Below are positions 39,283 through 48,586 of a DNA stretch of 64,000 bases, one piece after another. The stretch is taken from the NCBI GenBank assembly GCA_963759765.1, contig CAVXAL010000002.1, positions 621,710 to 685,709 on the forward strand, written 5' to 3'. The notes beneath the pieces were generated by a model. That model saw only the letters and a list, made by a program, of their open reading frames with translations, was not told the origin of the DNA and made no database searches. How positions within the stretch are numbered: the first letter of the stretch is position 1; each line of letters opens with the position of its first letter. The stretch comes from Candidatus Aminicenantes bacterium (GTDB lineage: Bacteria > Acidobacteriota > Aminicenantia > UBA2199). The translations under genes and the position numbers were made by a program.

Positions 39283-39950
39283 GCGCCGCGCGCGTGACCG
39301 TGGAATGCGTCGGCCAGGACGATGACCGGATCCTGGCGTCGTTTCTGGCCTGCTCCAGGGCCATGCCCCTGGCCCGGGCCCTGGCCGCCGTCCGGAGGCT
39401 GTCTGCCGCTGCCAAAAAGGAAATTTTCCGGGCCGCCTTCCGCCGCATGGAATTTTTCGACGCGCCGCCGCGCGAGTTTGAGATGGCGGAGGTGACGGTT
39501 CAGGCCGTCATCAGCTCCTCCTGTTTTGCCCAGCTCAAACGCCATCGCCTGGCCACGCTGCTGGTTGGCCCCTACAGCCCGCGCTGGGGCGTTACCGTGC
39601 CGCCGGCGCTGCGCTGGGCCGGACTGGAAAAGGAGTTCCGGCGGGTCATCGCTGAGACGGAAAAGATATTTTTTCAATTCAAAGGAAAATACGGCGGGGC
39701 GGCCGATTACCTCCTGACCAACGCCCACCGCCGGCCGGTGTTGCTGAAAATGAACCTGCGCGAGCTCTATCATTTCATCCGCCTGCGCGACGATGACAAC
39801 GCCCAGTGGGATATCCGCCAACTGGCGGCCACCATCGGCCGGCAAGTGAAAAAACAGCTGCCGCTTTCCAGCTTGCTGCTCTGCGGCAAAAGCCAGTTTG
39901 TCCGGGAATTCCGCAAGATCTACCAGCGCGAACCGGCATTCAAGATTTAG
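39279..39950 (+). CDS. ThyX-like protein B with differently degenerate signature
   Basis: TTG start overlapping stop of A (TTGA); CFAQLKRHRLATLLVGPYSPRWG keeps RHR but lacks SxxSxRY; C-terminal NLRELYHFIRLRDDDNAQWDIRQLA matches ThyX helix. Confidence 0.6.
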   Translation: MSAARVTVECVGQDDDRILASFLACSRAMPLARALAAVRRLSAAAKKEIFRAAFRRMEFFDAPPREFEMAEVTVQAVISSSCFAQLKRHRLATLLVGPYSPRWGVTVPPALRWAGLEKEFRRVIAETEKIFFQFKGKYGGAADYLLTNAHRRPVLLKMNLRELYHFIRLRDDDNAQWDIRQLAATIGRQVKKQLPLSSLLLCGKSQFVREFRKIYQREPAFKI

Positions 39951-40012
39951 ACGGCGACCGGCGCCGGGCCGCGGTTGACGGTACCCGGTAAATGTGATAT
40001 TTTGGCTCTGCC

Positions 40013-40639
40013 ATGGTCGATATCCTGCGCGTTGCCGGTCAGTTTTTGATTGTGCTCTTCGCCCTCTCGGTGCACGAGTCGGCGCACGCCTGGACGGCCG
40101 ACCGTTTCGGCGATCCCACGGCCCGGTTGCTGGGCCGGGTGAGCCTGAACCCGCTGGCCCACATCGACCCGATTGGAACCATCATTTTACCCTTGCTGCT
40201 GGCCGTGATGCATGCACCGGTATTCGGCTGGGCCAAGCCGGTGCCGGTCAACCCCTACAACCTGCGCCACCCTCGTCGCGACAGCGTGCTGGTTTCCGCC
40301 GCCGGCCCTCTCTCCAACCTGCTGACGGCCCTGATTTCCATGATCTTTTTTTTGCTGTTGAAGAACAGTGCGCTGCTGCGTTCGGTTTCCCTGCTCACCG
40401 TGTTGTTCTACCTGATCGTGATCAACATCTACCTGGCGGTCTTCAACCTCATTCCCATTCCCCCGCTCGACGGCAGCGGCATCCTCGAGGGCTTTCTCAA
40501 GGGCGAGGCTCTTTCCCTCTATGAACGGCTGAGGCCTTTCGGATTTATCATTTTGATCGCCGTGATCTATCTGGGCCTGCTGGATGTTGTCGCCCGCCCG
40601 ATCCTGCAACTGGTGACAAGCATCCTGGGGATTTCCTGA
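40013..40639 (+). CDS. site-2 protease family zinc metalloprotease (M50)
   Basis: HESAH zinc motif in TM helix, LDGS motif, multiple TM segments. Confidence 0.75.
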   Translation: MVDILRVAGQFLIVLFALSVHESAHAWTADRFGDPTARLLGRVSLNPLAHIDPIGTIILPLLLAVMHAPVFGWAKPVPVNPYNLRHPRRDSVLVSAAGPLSNLLTALISMIFFLLLKNSALLRSVSLLTVLFYLIVINIYLAVFNLIPIPPLDGSGILEGFLKGEALSLYERLRPFGFIILIAVIYLGLLDVVARPILQLVTSILGIS

Positions 40640-40640
40640 A

Positions 40641-41600
40641 ATGGAACGGAAGACGGTGATGAGCGGCATGCGGCCCACCGGTGCCCTGCACCTGGGCCAC
40701 TGGGAGGGCGCGCTCAAAAGCTGGCTGCAGCTGCAGCAGACACAGCCGACTGCTACTTTTCCATCGTCGACTGGCACGCCCTGACCACCGAATACCAGGA
40801 TCCCCAGCACATCCGGCAGAACATCCGCGAAGTTCTGCTGGACTGGCTGAGCGCGGGCATCGACCCGGAACAGAGCGTCATCTACCTGCAATCGGCGGTC
40901 AAGGAGATCGCCGAGCTGTTCCTGCTGCTGGGCATGATGACGCCCCTGGGCTGGCTGGAGCGGGTGCCCACCTTCAAGGAGCAGCAGGCGCAGTTGCAAG
41001 ACCGCGACCTGAACACCTACGGTTTTCTCGGCTACCCCCTGCTGCATGACCGTGGACATCGTCATCATGAAGGCCGAACGGTGCCGGTGGGCGAGGATCA
41101 GGTGTTCCATCTGGAACTGGCGCGAGAGATCGTCCGCCGTTTCAATACCTTTTTCGGCGCCTATTTCCCCGAGCCGCAGGAGTTTCTCACTCCCATCCCC
41201 AAACTCCCCGGTCTGGACGGCCGCAAAATGAGCAAGAGTTACAACAATGCCATCTATCTGAGCGACAGTGCCGCGACCGTGACCGACAAGATCAACCCCA
41301 TGGTGACCGACGTCCGCCGCAAGCGGCGCAGCGATCCCGGCGTGCCCCAGGATTGCCCGGTATTCGCCCTGCAGCAGGCCTTCTCCAGCGCCGAGGAGGT
41401 CGCCGCCATCGACCGCGATTGCCGCACGCGCGGGCATCGGCTGCCTGGACTGCAAGAAGATCGTCATCCGCCAATATCAATGAATTTCTCGAACCGTTCC
41501 GCCAGCGGCGCGCCCGTTACACCCAGGCGAATCTGGACGAGATTCTGGAAGCCGGAAACCGCCAGGCCCGCCAGCGGGCCGGCCAGACCATGGCCGACGT
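40641..41600 (+). pseudogene. trpS: tryptophan--tRNA ligase with at least five frameshifts
   Basis: Fragments MSGMRPTGALHLGHWEGAL / ADCYFSIVDWHALTTEY... / GYPLL-MTVDIVIMKAER-VPVGEDQVFHLEL / KMSKS / CRTAGIGCLDCKK / INEFLEPFRQRRARY found in alternating frames; shifts ~40742, ~41040, ~41085, ~41440-41480. Confidence 0.75.
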
Positions 41601-41615
41601 GCGTCGTTTCTTTTG

Positions 41616-42371
41616 AACCTGTGATGGAAGCCGAGCGGTTACCAGGTACAGCACCGACTATTTCGAGGGGCCGCTCGACCTGTTGCTGCACCTGATCCGC
41701 AAGAACAAGATGAACATCCTGGAGATCCGCCTCTCGCAGATCACCACCGAATATCTCTCTTATCTCGAACACCTTCAGGGCATCAATCCCTCGCGGGAGA
41801 GCGATTTTCTGATGACCGCCGCCACCCTGATTTACATCAAGTCGCGGTCGCTGCTGCCCCGGCCTGAAGAACCTGGCCGACGAGTCGCCTGAGAAGCAGC
41901 TGATCCGCACACCTGATCGAGTACGAGAAGATCCAGAAAATTTCGGAGAATGCTGCAGGAAATGGAATACACCGAGCTGCTGCTCTGGCGGCGGGAAGAG
42001 ATCGGCGAGAACTTCGACAACCGCGAATACATGCTCTGAAAGAGGTGTCGGCTTTTCAACTGGCCGAAATCTTTTTCGCCATGGTGCGCAAGAAGGAGGA
42101 AGAGCAGTTTCTTTACATTTCTTCCAAGCACTATTCGATTGCCGGCAAGCGGCAGGAGATCCTGGCGCTGCTGGAGGAGAGCGGCTATCTGGATTTCAGC
42201 GATTACGTGGCCAAGCGGGATTCGATCGAAGAGATCGTGGTGAGTTTTTTCACTATCCTGGAGATGGTCAAACGCCACCTGCTGATCGCCATTCAAAAAG
42301 AGCTGTTTGGACGCATCCAGCTCTGGAAGCTGGACCGGCTGGAAGCGCAACTGCGGCGGGGGAAAGCGTGA
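41616..42371 (+). pseudogene. scpA: segregation and condensation protein A with several frameshifts
   Basis: YFEGPLDLLLHLIRKNKMNILEI (41683 ORF) and C-terminal SAFQLAEIFFAMV... (42045 ORF) in different frames; intervening region has stops in all frames. Confidence 0.7.
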
Positions 42372-42940
42372 GCTCGGAAATCCAGAAGCAGCAGCAGGCT
42401 TTTATCGAGGCGCTCCTCTTCGTTTCCCGTGAGCCGGTGGAGCCGGCGCGCCTCATGGATTTTTTGGGCATCCAGGACATCAGCGAGTTCGAAGCCCTCC
42501 TCGCTGCCATGGAGCAGGGGTTCCGCGATCCGGCCCAGGGCCGGGGCATCATGCTCAAGAGGTGCGGCAACGGCCTGCAGCTGGTCACCCAGCCCGATTT
42601 CCATGAGCAGCTGAAGCAATTCTTTACGGTCAAGCACTATGCCCGGCTCACCCTGGCATCGCTGGAGACGCTGGCCATTATCGCCTACAAGCAGCCGGCC
42701 ACCCTGGCCGAGATTTCCGATTTGCGCGGCGTCAATTCCGCCACTTCCTTGAAAACCCTGCTGCAGAAAAAGCTGATCAAAATCTCCGGTCGCAAAAAAG
42801 TGCCTGGCCTGCCCGCGCTCTACTCCACCACCCCGGAATTCATGACCTACTTCGGCCTGAACGACCTCTCGGAATTGCCGTCCTTGGAGGAATTGACCGA
42901 GCTTTTCGAGGAAAAAGAACAACCGTCCCTGTTCAAGTAG
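42368..42940 (+). CDS. scpB: segregation and condensation protein B
   Basis: Intact 190 aa; FIEALLFVSREPV, LETLAIIAYKQP wHTH blocks; ATGA overlap with scpA end. Confidence 0.85.
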   Translation: MSSEIQKQQQAFIEALLFVSREPVEPARLMDFLGIQDISEFEALLAAMEQGFRDPAQGRGIMLKRCGNGLQLVTQPDFHEQLKQFFTVKHYARLTLASLETLAIIAYKQPATLAEISDLRGVNSATSLKTLLQKKLIKISGRKKVPGLPALYSTTPEFMTYFGLNDLSELPSLEELTELFEEKEQPSLFK

Positions 42941-42943
42941 GAG

Positions 42944-44062
42944 GTGACAATGGAACACTGGGTCAATCCCCATGTGCTGGAGATCAGTCCCTATAAAGCC
43001 GGCAAGCCCGTCGAGGAAATCGAGAGGCAGTACGGCCTGAAGCGGGTGGTCAAGCTGGCCTCCAACGAGAATTGCCTGCCCCTGCCCGAAGCGGTGCGCC
43101 AGGCGGTGCGGGACGAACTGGACCAGGCCCATCTCTATCCCGATTCCGATAATTATTATCTGCGCCAAGCCATTGCCGGCTACAACCGCATCCCCATCGA
43201 TAACGTCATTGCCGGCGCCGGTTCGGTGGAACTGATCAAAATGATCATCCGAGACGTTCCTGAAACCGGGTGAAACCGTGCTGAGTTCGGAAAAGACATT
43301 TTCACTATACAAGATTGCCACCACCCAGGTGGCCGGCAAGGCCGCTTTCATTGAGGCGCCGATGGACGAGCAGCTGCGCTTCGACCTGGAGCAGATCCAG
43401 CGCCGGGTGAATGAAAAAACCAAGATCATTTTCTTGACCAATCCCAACAACCCGACCGGGACCATCGTCTCGGGCAAGAAAATCATGGCTTTCATCCGGC
43501 GCGTACCCGAAGACAAGATCATCGTGCTGGACAACGCCTACCAGGAGTACGTGGACAACCTGACCGACTACGTGACCGGCATCCCTCTGGCTCTGGAGCG
43601 TCCAAACATCATCGTCCTGCGCACCTTCTCCAAGATTTACGGCCTGGCCGGTTTCCGCATCGGCTACGCCATGGCCAATCTGCGCGTCATCGAGGTGCTC
43701 AACCGGGTCAAACCGCCCTTCAACGTGACCCGCCTGGCGCAGCGGGCGGCCATCGCGTCGCTGGCCAGCGACGAGTTCAAGAACCGGTCGGCCGAATTGA
43801 ACCGCCGCAACAAACCGCAGTTGCTGGCCTGGCTGCAGGACTCGGCCTGCGGGTGCTGCCCTCGCAGACCAATTTCCTGCTTTTTTTCCCCGGCGTGGAC
43901 GTCAATCGTCTCAACGATCTGCTGCTGCGCGAAGGAGTGATCATGCGGCCGGTGGGGGGTTTCGGCGTGCCCGACGGCATCCGGGTGACCGTGGGCCTGG
44001 AAGAGGAGAACCGTTTCTTCATCGACAAGCTCAAAAAATCCCTGGTGGCCATGCGGTCCTGA
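42944..44062 (+). pseudogene. hisC: histidinol-phosphate aminotransferase with two frameshifts (~43260, ~43848)
   Basis: KLASNENCLP, LTNPNNPTG, TFSKIYGLAGFRIGY, C-terminal LPSQTNFLLF in three consecutive frames. Confidence 0.75.
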
Positions 44063-44069
44063 GGCCGCC

Positions 44070-45449
44070 GTGGGGGCACTTATGGACTACGATCTGATTT
44101 TCATCGGCGGCGGACCGGCCGGCTACGAGGGAGCGATTTACGCGGCCAAGAAGGGAATGAAGGTGGCCGTGGTCGAGATGGAGCTGCTGGGCGGCACCTG
44201 CCTGCAGCGCGGCTGCATCCCGACCAAGGCCATTCTCCATTCGGCCAAGCTGCTCAAACAGATGCGCGAGGTCGCAAGCAGCGGCGTGCAGGCGGACCAC
44301 ATCCGTTTCGATTGGGCGGAGATCAATAAGCGCAAGAACCGGGTGGTCCAAAAACACACCAAAGGCATTGAACTGCTTTTCAAGCAGAACGGCGTCGCCT
44401 GGGTCAAAGGCCGGGGCCGGCTGGTCGCGGCCGGCACGGTGGCGGTCGAGGGGCAAACCGACCTGCGGGCCAAGACGGTGGTACTGGCCAGCGGCTCGCA
44501 CTCGGCCGAGCTGCCCTTTCTCAAGTGTGACGGCCGGCTGGTTCTCTCTTCCGACGACCTGCTGGAGCTGTCCGCCCCACCGGCGAGCCTGCTGGTCGTC
44601 GGCGCCGGCGCCGTGGGCCTGGAATGGGCGGTCATCTTCAGCCACCTGGGCTGCCAGGTCACCGTGGTGGAGATCATGGAACACATTGTCCCCGGCCTGG
44701 ATCGCGAGATCGCCGAACAGCTGAAAAACGAGCTGATCAAGCAGGGCATGACCATCCATACCGCCACGGCCATTTCCGCACCACGCCTGGCCGGCGCTGC
44801 CACCCTCTCGTTGCGCCAGGGTGAAAAAGAGTGGCAGGGCTCATTTTCCCGCGTGCTGCTGGCTGTGGGCCGGCTGCCCAACAGTTCGGGACTGTTTGAC
44901 AGTGGGCTGCCCATCGCCACTGACAGCAAGGGGTTTGTGCGGGTAGACAACAACCTGCAGACCGGAGTGGAGAACGTGTTCGCCTGCGGCGACCTGGTGG
45001 GCGCTCCGCTGCTGGCCCATAAGGCTTCCCACCAGGCCATGGCCATCGCCGAGTTCATCGCCAGCGGCCGGCCGGTTCAATCATCACCACTGCCGGCCGC
45101 GCTGTTCACATTCCCCGAAGTGGCCACTGTGGGCCTGAGCGAGGAGGAAGCACGGCAGGCGGGCCTGGAGCCCCGCGTCGGCCGTTTCCCTTACGCGGCC
45201 AGCTCCCGCGCCAGCGCCATGGAGGAGAAAACCGGCCTGATCAAGGTGGTCGCCGCCGCCGACGGCACGGTGGTCGGCGCCCATATCCTCGGCGCAGAGG
45301 CAGGCGAGCTTCTGCCGCTGCTGACCTATGCCGTGACCCGCAAGCTGCCGGTCGACCATTTCCGGGAACTGGTCTTCATCCATCCCACGCTCGGCGAAGG
45401 GATTTGGGAGGCTCTCGGCCAGGTTGGCGGTTTCGCCATCCATCTTTAG
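44070..45449 (+). CDS. lpdA: dihydrolipoyl dehydrogenase
   Basis: GGGPAGY, GGTCLQRGCIPTKA redox-active disulfide, 459 aa intact. Confidence 0.85.
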   Translation: MGALMDYDLIFIGGGPAGYEGAIYAAKKGMKVAVVEMELLGGTCLQRGCIPTKAILHSAKLLKQMREVASSGVQADHIRFDWAEINKRKNRVVQKHTKGIELLFKQNGVAWVKGRGRLVAAGTVAVEGQTDLRAKTVVLASGSHSAELPFLKCDGRLVLSSDDLLELSAPPASLLVVGAGAVGLEWAVIFSHLGCQVTVVEIMEHIVPGLDREIAEQLKNELIKQGMTIHTATAISAPRLAGAATLSLRQGEKEWQGSFSRVLLAVGRLPNSSGLFDSGLPIATDSKGFVRVDNNLQTGVENVFACGDLVGAPLLAHKASHQAMAIAEFIASGRPVQSSPLPAALFTFPEVATVGLSEEEARQAGLEPRVGRFPYAASSRASAMEEKTGLIKVVAAADGTVVGAHILGAEAGELLPLLTYAVTRKLPVDHFRELVFIHPTLGEGIWEALGQVGGFAIHL

Positions 45450-45592
45450 TTTCTTGGCCCTGAAACTCTTGACAAATCGTTGTTTTTGATTTATTAGATG
45501 GGCGTAATGAGAAGAACGAGTGCGATCGTGAAAGGAGCCGTTCTCCTCGGCAACAACGAAAAAGGGGGAGCAGCGCCCCCCAGGAGAGGAAA

Positions 45593-46849
45593 ATGATAAA
45601 AAATTCTATCTGCGTCTTAGTGGTCTTGCTGGCTGGAGCCCTGCTGCTTCAAGCCCAGGGCCAAGAGAAAAAATACAATCTGCAGCGGGCCTATATCTAC
45701 CAGGAAGAAACGCTGTTGATATCGGACACCGACCTGAATTGCTCCTATTTTTTCCGCAATGGCAAGTTCCCCGATGAAATACGGATTATCGGTTCCGAGC
45801 AGATGGATAGCAAACGCATTGGCTACAGTGACCTTGACAAACTCTTTATCAACCGCGGCAGCCAAGAGGGTTTCAAGGAGGGGGATAAGCTGTTGATCCT
45901 GACCGAGGGTCATATCTTTCGCGGTCCCCAAAAGGGGCAGGCCTCACTGGGCCGCTATTACCTGAAAAAGTCGTTGGCCGTCATCACCTGCATTTACGAT
46001 CACCAGGCGGTGATCACGCTGCAGGAGGGGTGCAACCCGGTCTACCAAGGCGATATCGTGGTGCCTTACAAACCGGAAGAGAAAATCTACCAGAAAAAGC
46101 CGGCCTATAACGAATGCCGGATTCCTGCCCGCGGTGCGACCGGCAATATCGTCTACAACGACCTCTACATTGATATCCAAAAAAACCTCGCCGGCGACTT
46201 CAATTATGTGACCGTGAACCTGGGCACGGACCAGGTGCGGCGCGGCACCTTCCTGCTTCTCTACCGCATCCTGCAGCCGGGCCTGCCGCCGATCATTATC
46301 GGCATGGGCATTGTCGTCAATCCCGAAAGTAACAACTCCACAGTCAAGATTCTGGATTCGGCCCGGGAGATCAAGGTCGGCGATTACGCGGTGGTCCTGC
46401 CCGAGGTCAAGGTTGCGCCACCGCCCGTCGAAGTTGCCCCCCCGCCGGAAGTGGTGCAGGAAACCGCGCCGGTGGTCGCGCCTCCCAAGGAGGTTGAGAA
46501 GAAGGAAGCGAACCTGATGATGGAAATGCTCTTTGAGATCGGCAGCAAGGATGTGGCCCAGGCCTATACGGCCGACTTTGCCAAGATCGCTGACTTTGTC
46601 AAAGACAAAAGCGAATACGCGGTCATTTTGCGCGGTTACTGCTGCAGCATCGGTGCGGACGAATACAACTTGAAGCTTTCCCAGGAGCGCACCGAAGCCG
46701 TGAAAGCGATTCTGGTCGACCAGTACAAGATCGATCCCGCCCGCATCGAGGCCTATTATTATGGGGAGAAAGGCAGCCCCTATGACAACAGCCTGGAGTC
46801 CGAGCGGCGGCGAAACCGGCTGGTGCGCATCGAGGTTGTCGGAAAATGA
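45593..46849 (+). CDS. OmpA-family protein (signal peptide, Pro-rich linker, C-terminal OmpA-like peptidoglycan-binding domain)
   Basis: VAPPPVEVAPPPEVV linker; C-terminal GYCCSIGADEYNLKLSQERTEAVKAIL and RRNRLVRIEVV. Confidence 0.75.
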   Translation: MIKNSICVLVVLLAGALLLQAQGQEKKYNLQRAYIYQEETLLISDTDLNCSYFFRNGKFPDEIRIIGSEQMDSKRIGYSDLDKLFINRGSQEGFKEGDKLLILTEGHIFRGPQKGQASLGRYYLKKSLAVITCIYDHQAVITLQEGCNPVYQGDIVVPYKPEEKIYQKKPAYNECRIPARGATGNIVYNDLYIDIQKNLAGDFNYVTVNLGTDQVRRGTFLLLYRILQPGLPPIIIGMGIVVNPESNNSTVKILDSAREIKVGDYAVVLPEVKVAPPPVEVAPPPEVVQETAPVVAPPKEVEKKEANLMMEMLFEIGSKDVAQAYTADFAKIADFVKDKSEYAVILRGYCCSIGADEYNLKLSQERTEAVKAILVDQYKIDPARIEAYYYGEKGSPYDNSLESERRRNRLVRIEVVGK

Positions 46850-47412
46850 AAACCACCGCCTGGGCCTTGATTGGACTTTTGCTGGTGGCCATTGTGCCGC
46901 TGGCGGCGCAGAGCGTCAATCTGATGGAGCTGAAGAAAAAGGAAGAAGAGCGGCGGAAAAAGGCGGAAAAGTCCAAAATCGTCCTGACCGACACCAACGT
47001 CGGGAAAGTTGCCGGCAGCGAAAAAAAGTACGGTTACGTGGAAGTGGAGGGCACCGCGGCCGCCACCACAGAGGAGGCGGCGCAAACGGAAGGCACTGCT
47101 GCCGAACCGCAGCAGCCGATCGACGAAACCAGAACCCCCGAATACTGGCAAAACCTGAAGCAGGAAATGGAAAAGCGCATCAAGGAATTGCAGGAGGGCA
47201 TTGCCAGGCAGCAGACGGACCTGAACAAGCTGTGGACCGATTACTACATCAAAAATACTCAAACCCAGCAGGCGGTCATCAAGGGCTCGATCAGCCAGCT
47301 GAGCAACCAGCTGGAGAGCGATAAACAATCCCTGCGCCAGGTTCAGACGGATCTGCAAAACCTTTTTGCGCGGGCGAGGAAAGCTGGTATTCCGCCGGGC
47401 TGGTTGCGCTGA
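46846..47412 (+). CDS. secreted coiled-coil hypothetical protein
   Basis: Signal peptide MKTTAWALIGLLLVAIVPLAAQ; start overlaps ompA-family stop (ATGA). Confidence 0.45.
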   Translation: MKTTAWALIGLLLVAIVPLAAQSVNLMELKKKEEERRKKAEKSKIVLTDTNVGKVAGSEKKYGYVEVEGTAAATTEEAAQTEGTAAEPQQPIDETRTPEYWQNLKQEMEKRIKELQEGIARQQTDLNKLWTDYYIKNTQTQQAVIKGSISQLSNQLESDKQSLRQVQTDLQNLFARARKAGIPPGWLR

Positions 47413-47540
47413 GCCGCCACCACTCGGCGATCCGTTCCAGGCGCTGTTTTCCGGGAATCGTGGGGCGGATCCCGCTTATAGCCTGTTTCTTGTGAACTAA
47501 ATAAAACACGACCGGACGGCGTATAGCACAGTGAAAACCC

Positions 47541-48083
47541 ATGGACGAGCGGGAACTCATCGGGCGTTGCCTGCGCGGTGAAACGGCTGCCTTCGGGCCT
47601 CTGGTTGAAAAATACCAGACGCCGGTCCTGGCCGTGGCCTACGGCATCCTGCGCGACCGCGAAGAGGCGCGCGATGCCGCCCAGGAGGCGTTCCTCCAGG
47701 CTTATTCCCATCTGGCTTCGTTCGATGCGGGCCGGCCCTTCAAGAACTGGCTGCTGGCCATCGCGACCAAGCGCAGCCTGGACCGGGTACGGCGCCGACG
47801 CACGTTTCTGGGTTTCCTGCGCCGCTACGAGGGATACCTCGGCCACGGCCAGGAGAGTGCCGAGAGTGCCGTCCAGGCGGAGGACTTTTTCGAGAAAATG
47901 GTCGGCCGCCTGAATCGCCGCGAGCGGTCGGTGATCTCGCTTAAAATCAGCGGCGATTTCTCCTTCACCGAGATCGCCGACCTTCTCGGCTGCAGCGAGA
48001 GTACTGTGCGCGTCCACTACTTCAACGCCCGCCGCAAGCTGCGCCGACGGATGAACGACGAATCCCGGACGGGCGATAAATGA
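47541..48083 (+). CDS. RNA polymerase sigma-70 factor, ECF subfamily
   Basis: Region 2 (FLQAYSHLASFD..FKNWLLAIA) and region 4 (FTEIADLLGCSESTVRVHYFNARRKLR). Confidence 0.85.
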   Translation: MDERELIGRCLRGETAAFGPLVEKYQTPVLAVAYGILRDREEARDAAQEAFLQAYSHLASFDAGRPFKNWLLAIATKRSLDRVRRRRTFLGFLRRYEGYLGHGQESAESAVQAEDFFEKMVGRLNRRERSVISLKISGDFSFTEIADLLGCSESTVRVHYFNARRKLRRRMNDESRTGDK

Positions 48084-48097
48084 AAGAGGAGGAGAGC

Positions 48098-48586
48098 ATG
48101 TGCCGGCTAATCAGGCTATTGTACGTTCTGGTTCCCCTGGGCTGGCTGCGTTCGCGTTTACTGCGGCACCATCTGGAGTCCTGTCCGAATTGCCGGCAGC
48201 ACTATGGCCTAGAAGAAGATGTCTGGCCGCTGCCTTCGTGGATACTCAATGACGAAAGCCTCAGGCTGGGAGTGCTGCAGAAACTGGAAGGAAATATAAC
48301 TAATGTAGTTATAATTAAGCCGGAAATAAACTCTGCAACCTGGTGGCGCTGGGCGCTGGTGCCGGTGCTGGCCGCATTTTTTATTCTGGGCATCCGCTTC
48401 CTGAAGTTTGAGAGTATGCCGGTGTCGCCGCAGGTGGAAACGCTGACGGTCCAACCGAGTCAACCCGACATCAACCTGATTTCGGCGCGTGTCAGCGGTC
48501 AACCGGTTCAGCCTTATATAGTCAAATCCAGCCGCTCGCCCATGGTGGTGATCTGGCTGGAAAAAGAGAAACATCGGGAGGTCTAA
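48098..48586 (+). CDS. putative zinc-finger anti-sigma factor (membrane-anchored)
   Basis: HHLESCPNCRQH ZAS-like motif, single TM helix WWRWALVPVLAAFFILGI; start at ATG 48098 behind AGGAGG (ORF track 48080 overlaps sigma stop). Confidence 0.6.
   Translation: MCRLIRLLYVLVPLGWLRSRLLRHHLESCPNCRQHYGLEEDVWPLPSWILNDESLRLGVLQKLEGNITNVVIIKPEINSATWWRWALVPVLAAFFILGIRFLKFESMPVSPQVETLTVQPSQPDINLISARVSGQPVQPYIVKSSRSPMVVIWLEKEKHREV

Noticed and set aside
47413-47540. ECF-type autoregulated promoter (AAC-N16-CGT) upstream of the ECF sigma gene
   Set aside because: Candidate GAAC and CGTAT elements are 22 nt apart, outside the usual 16-17 nt window, so no convincing match.
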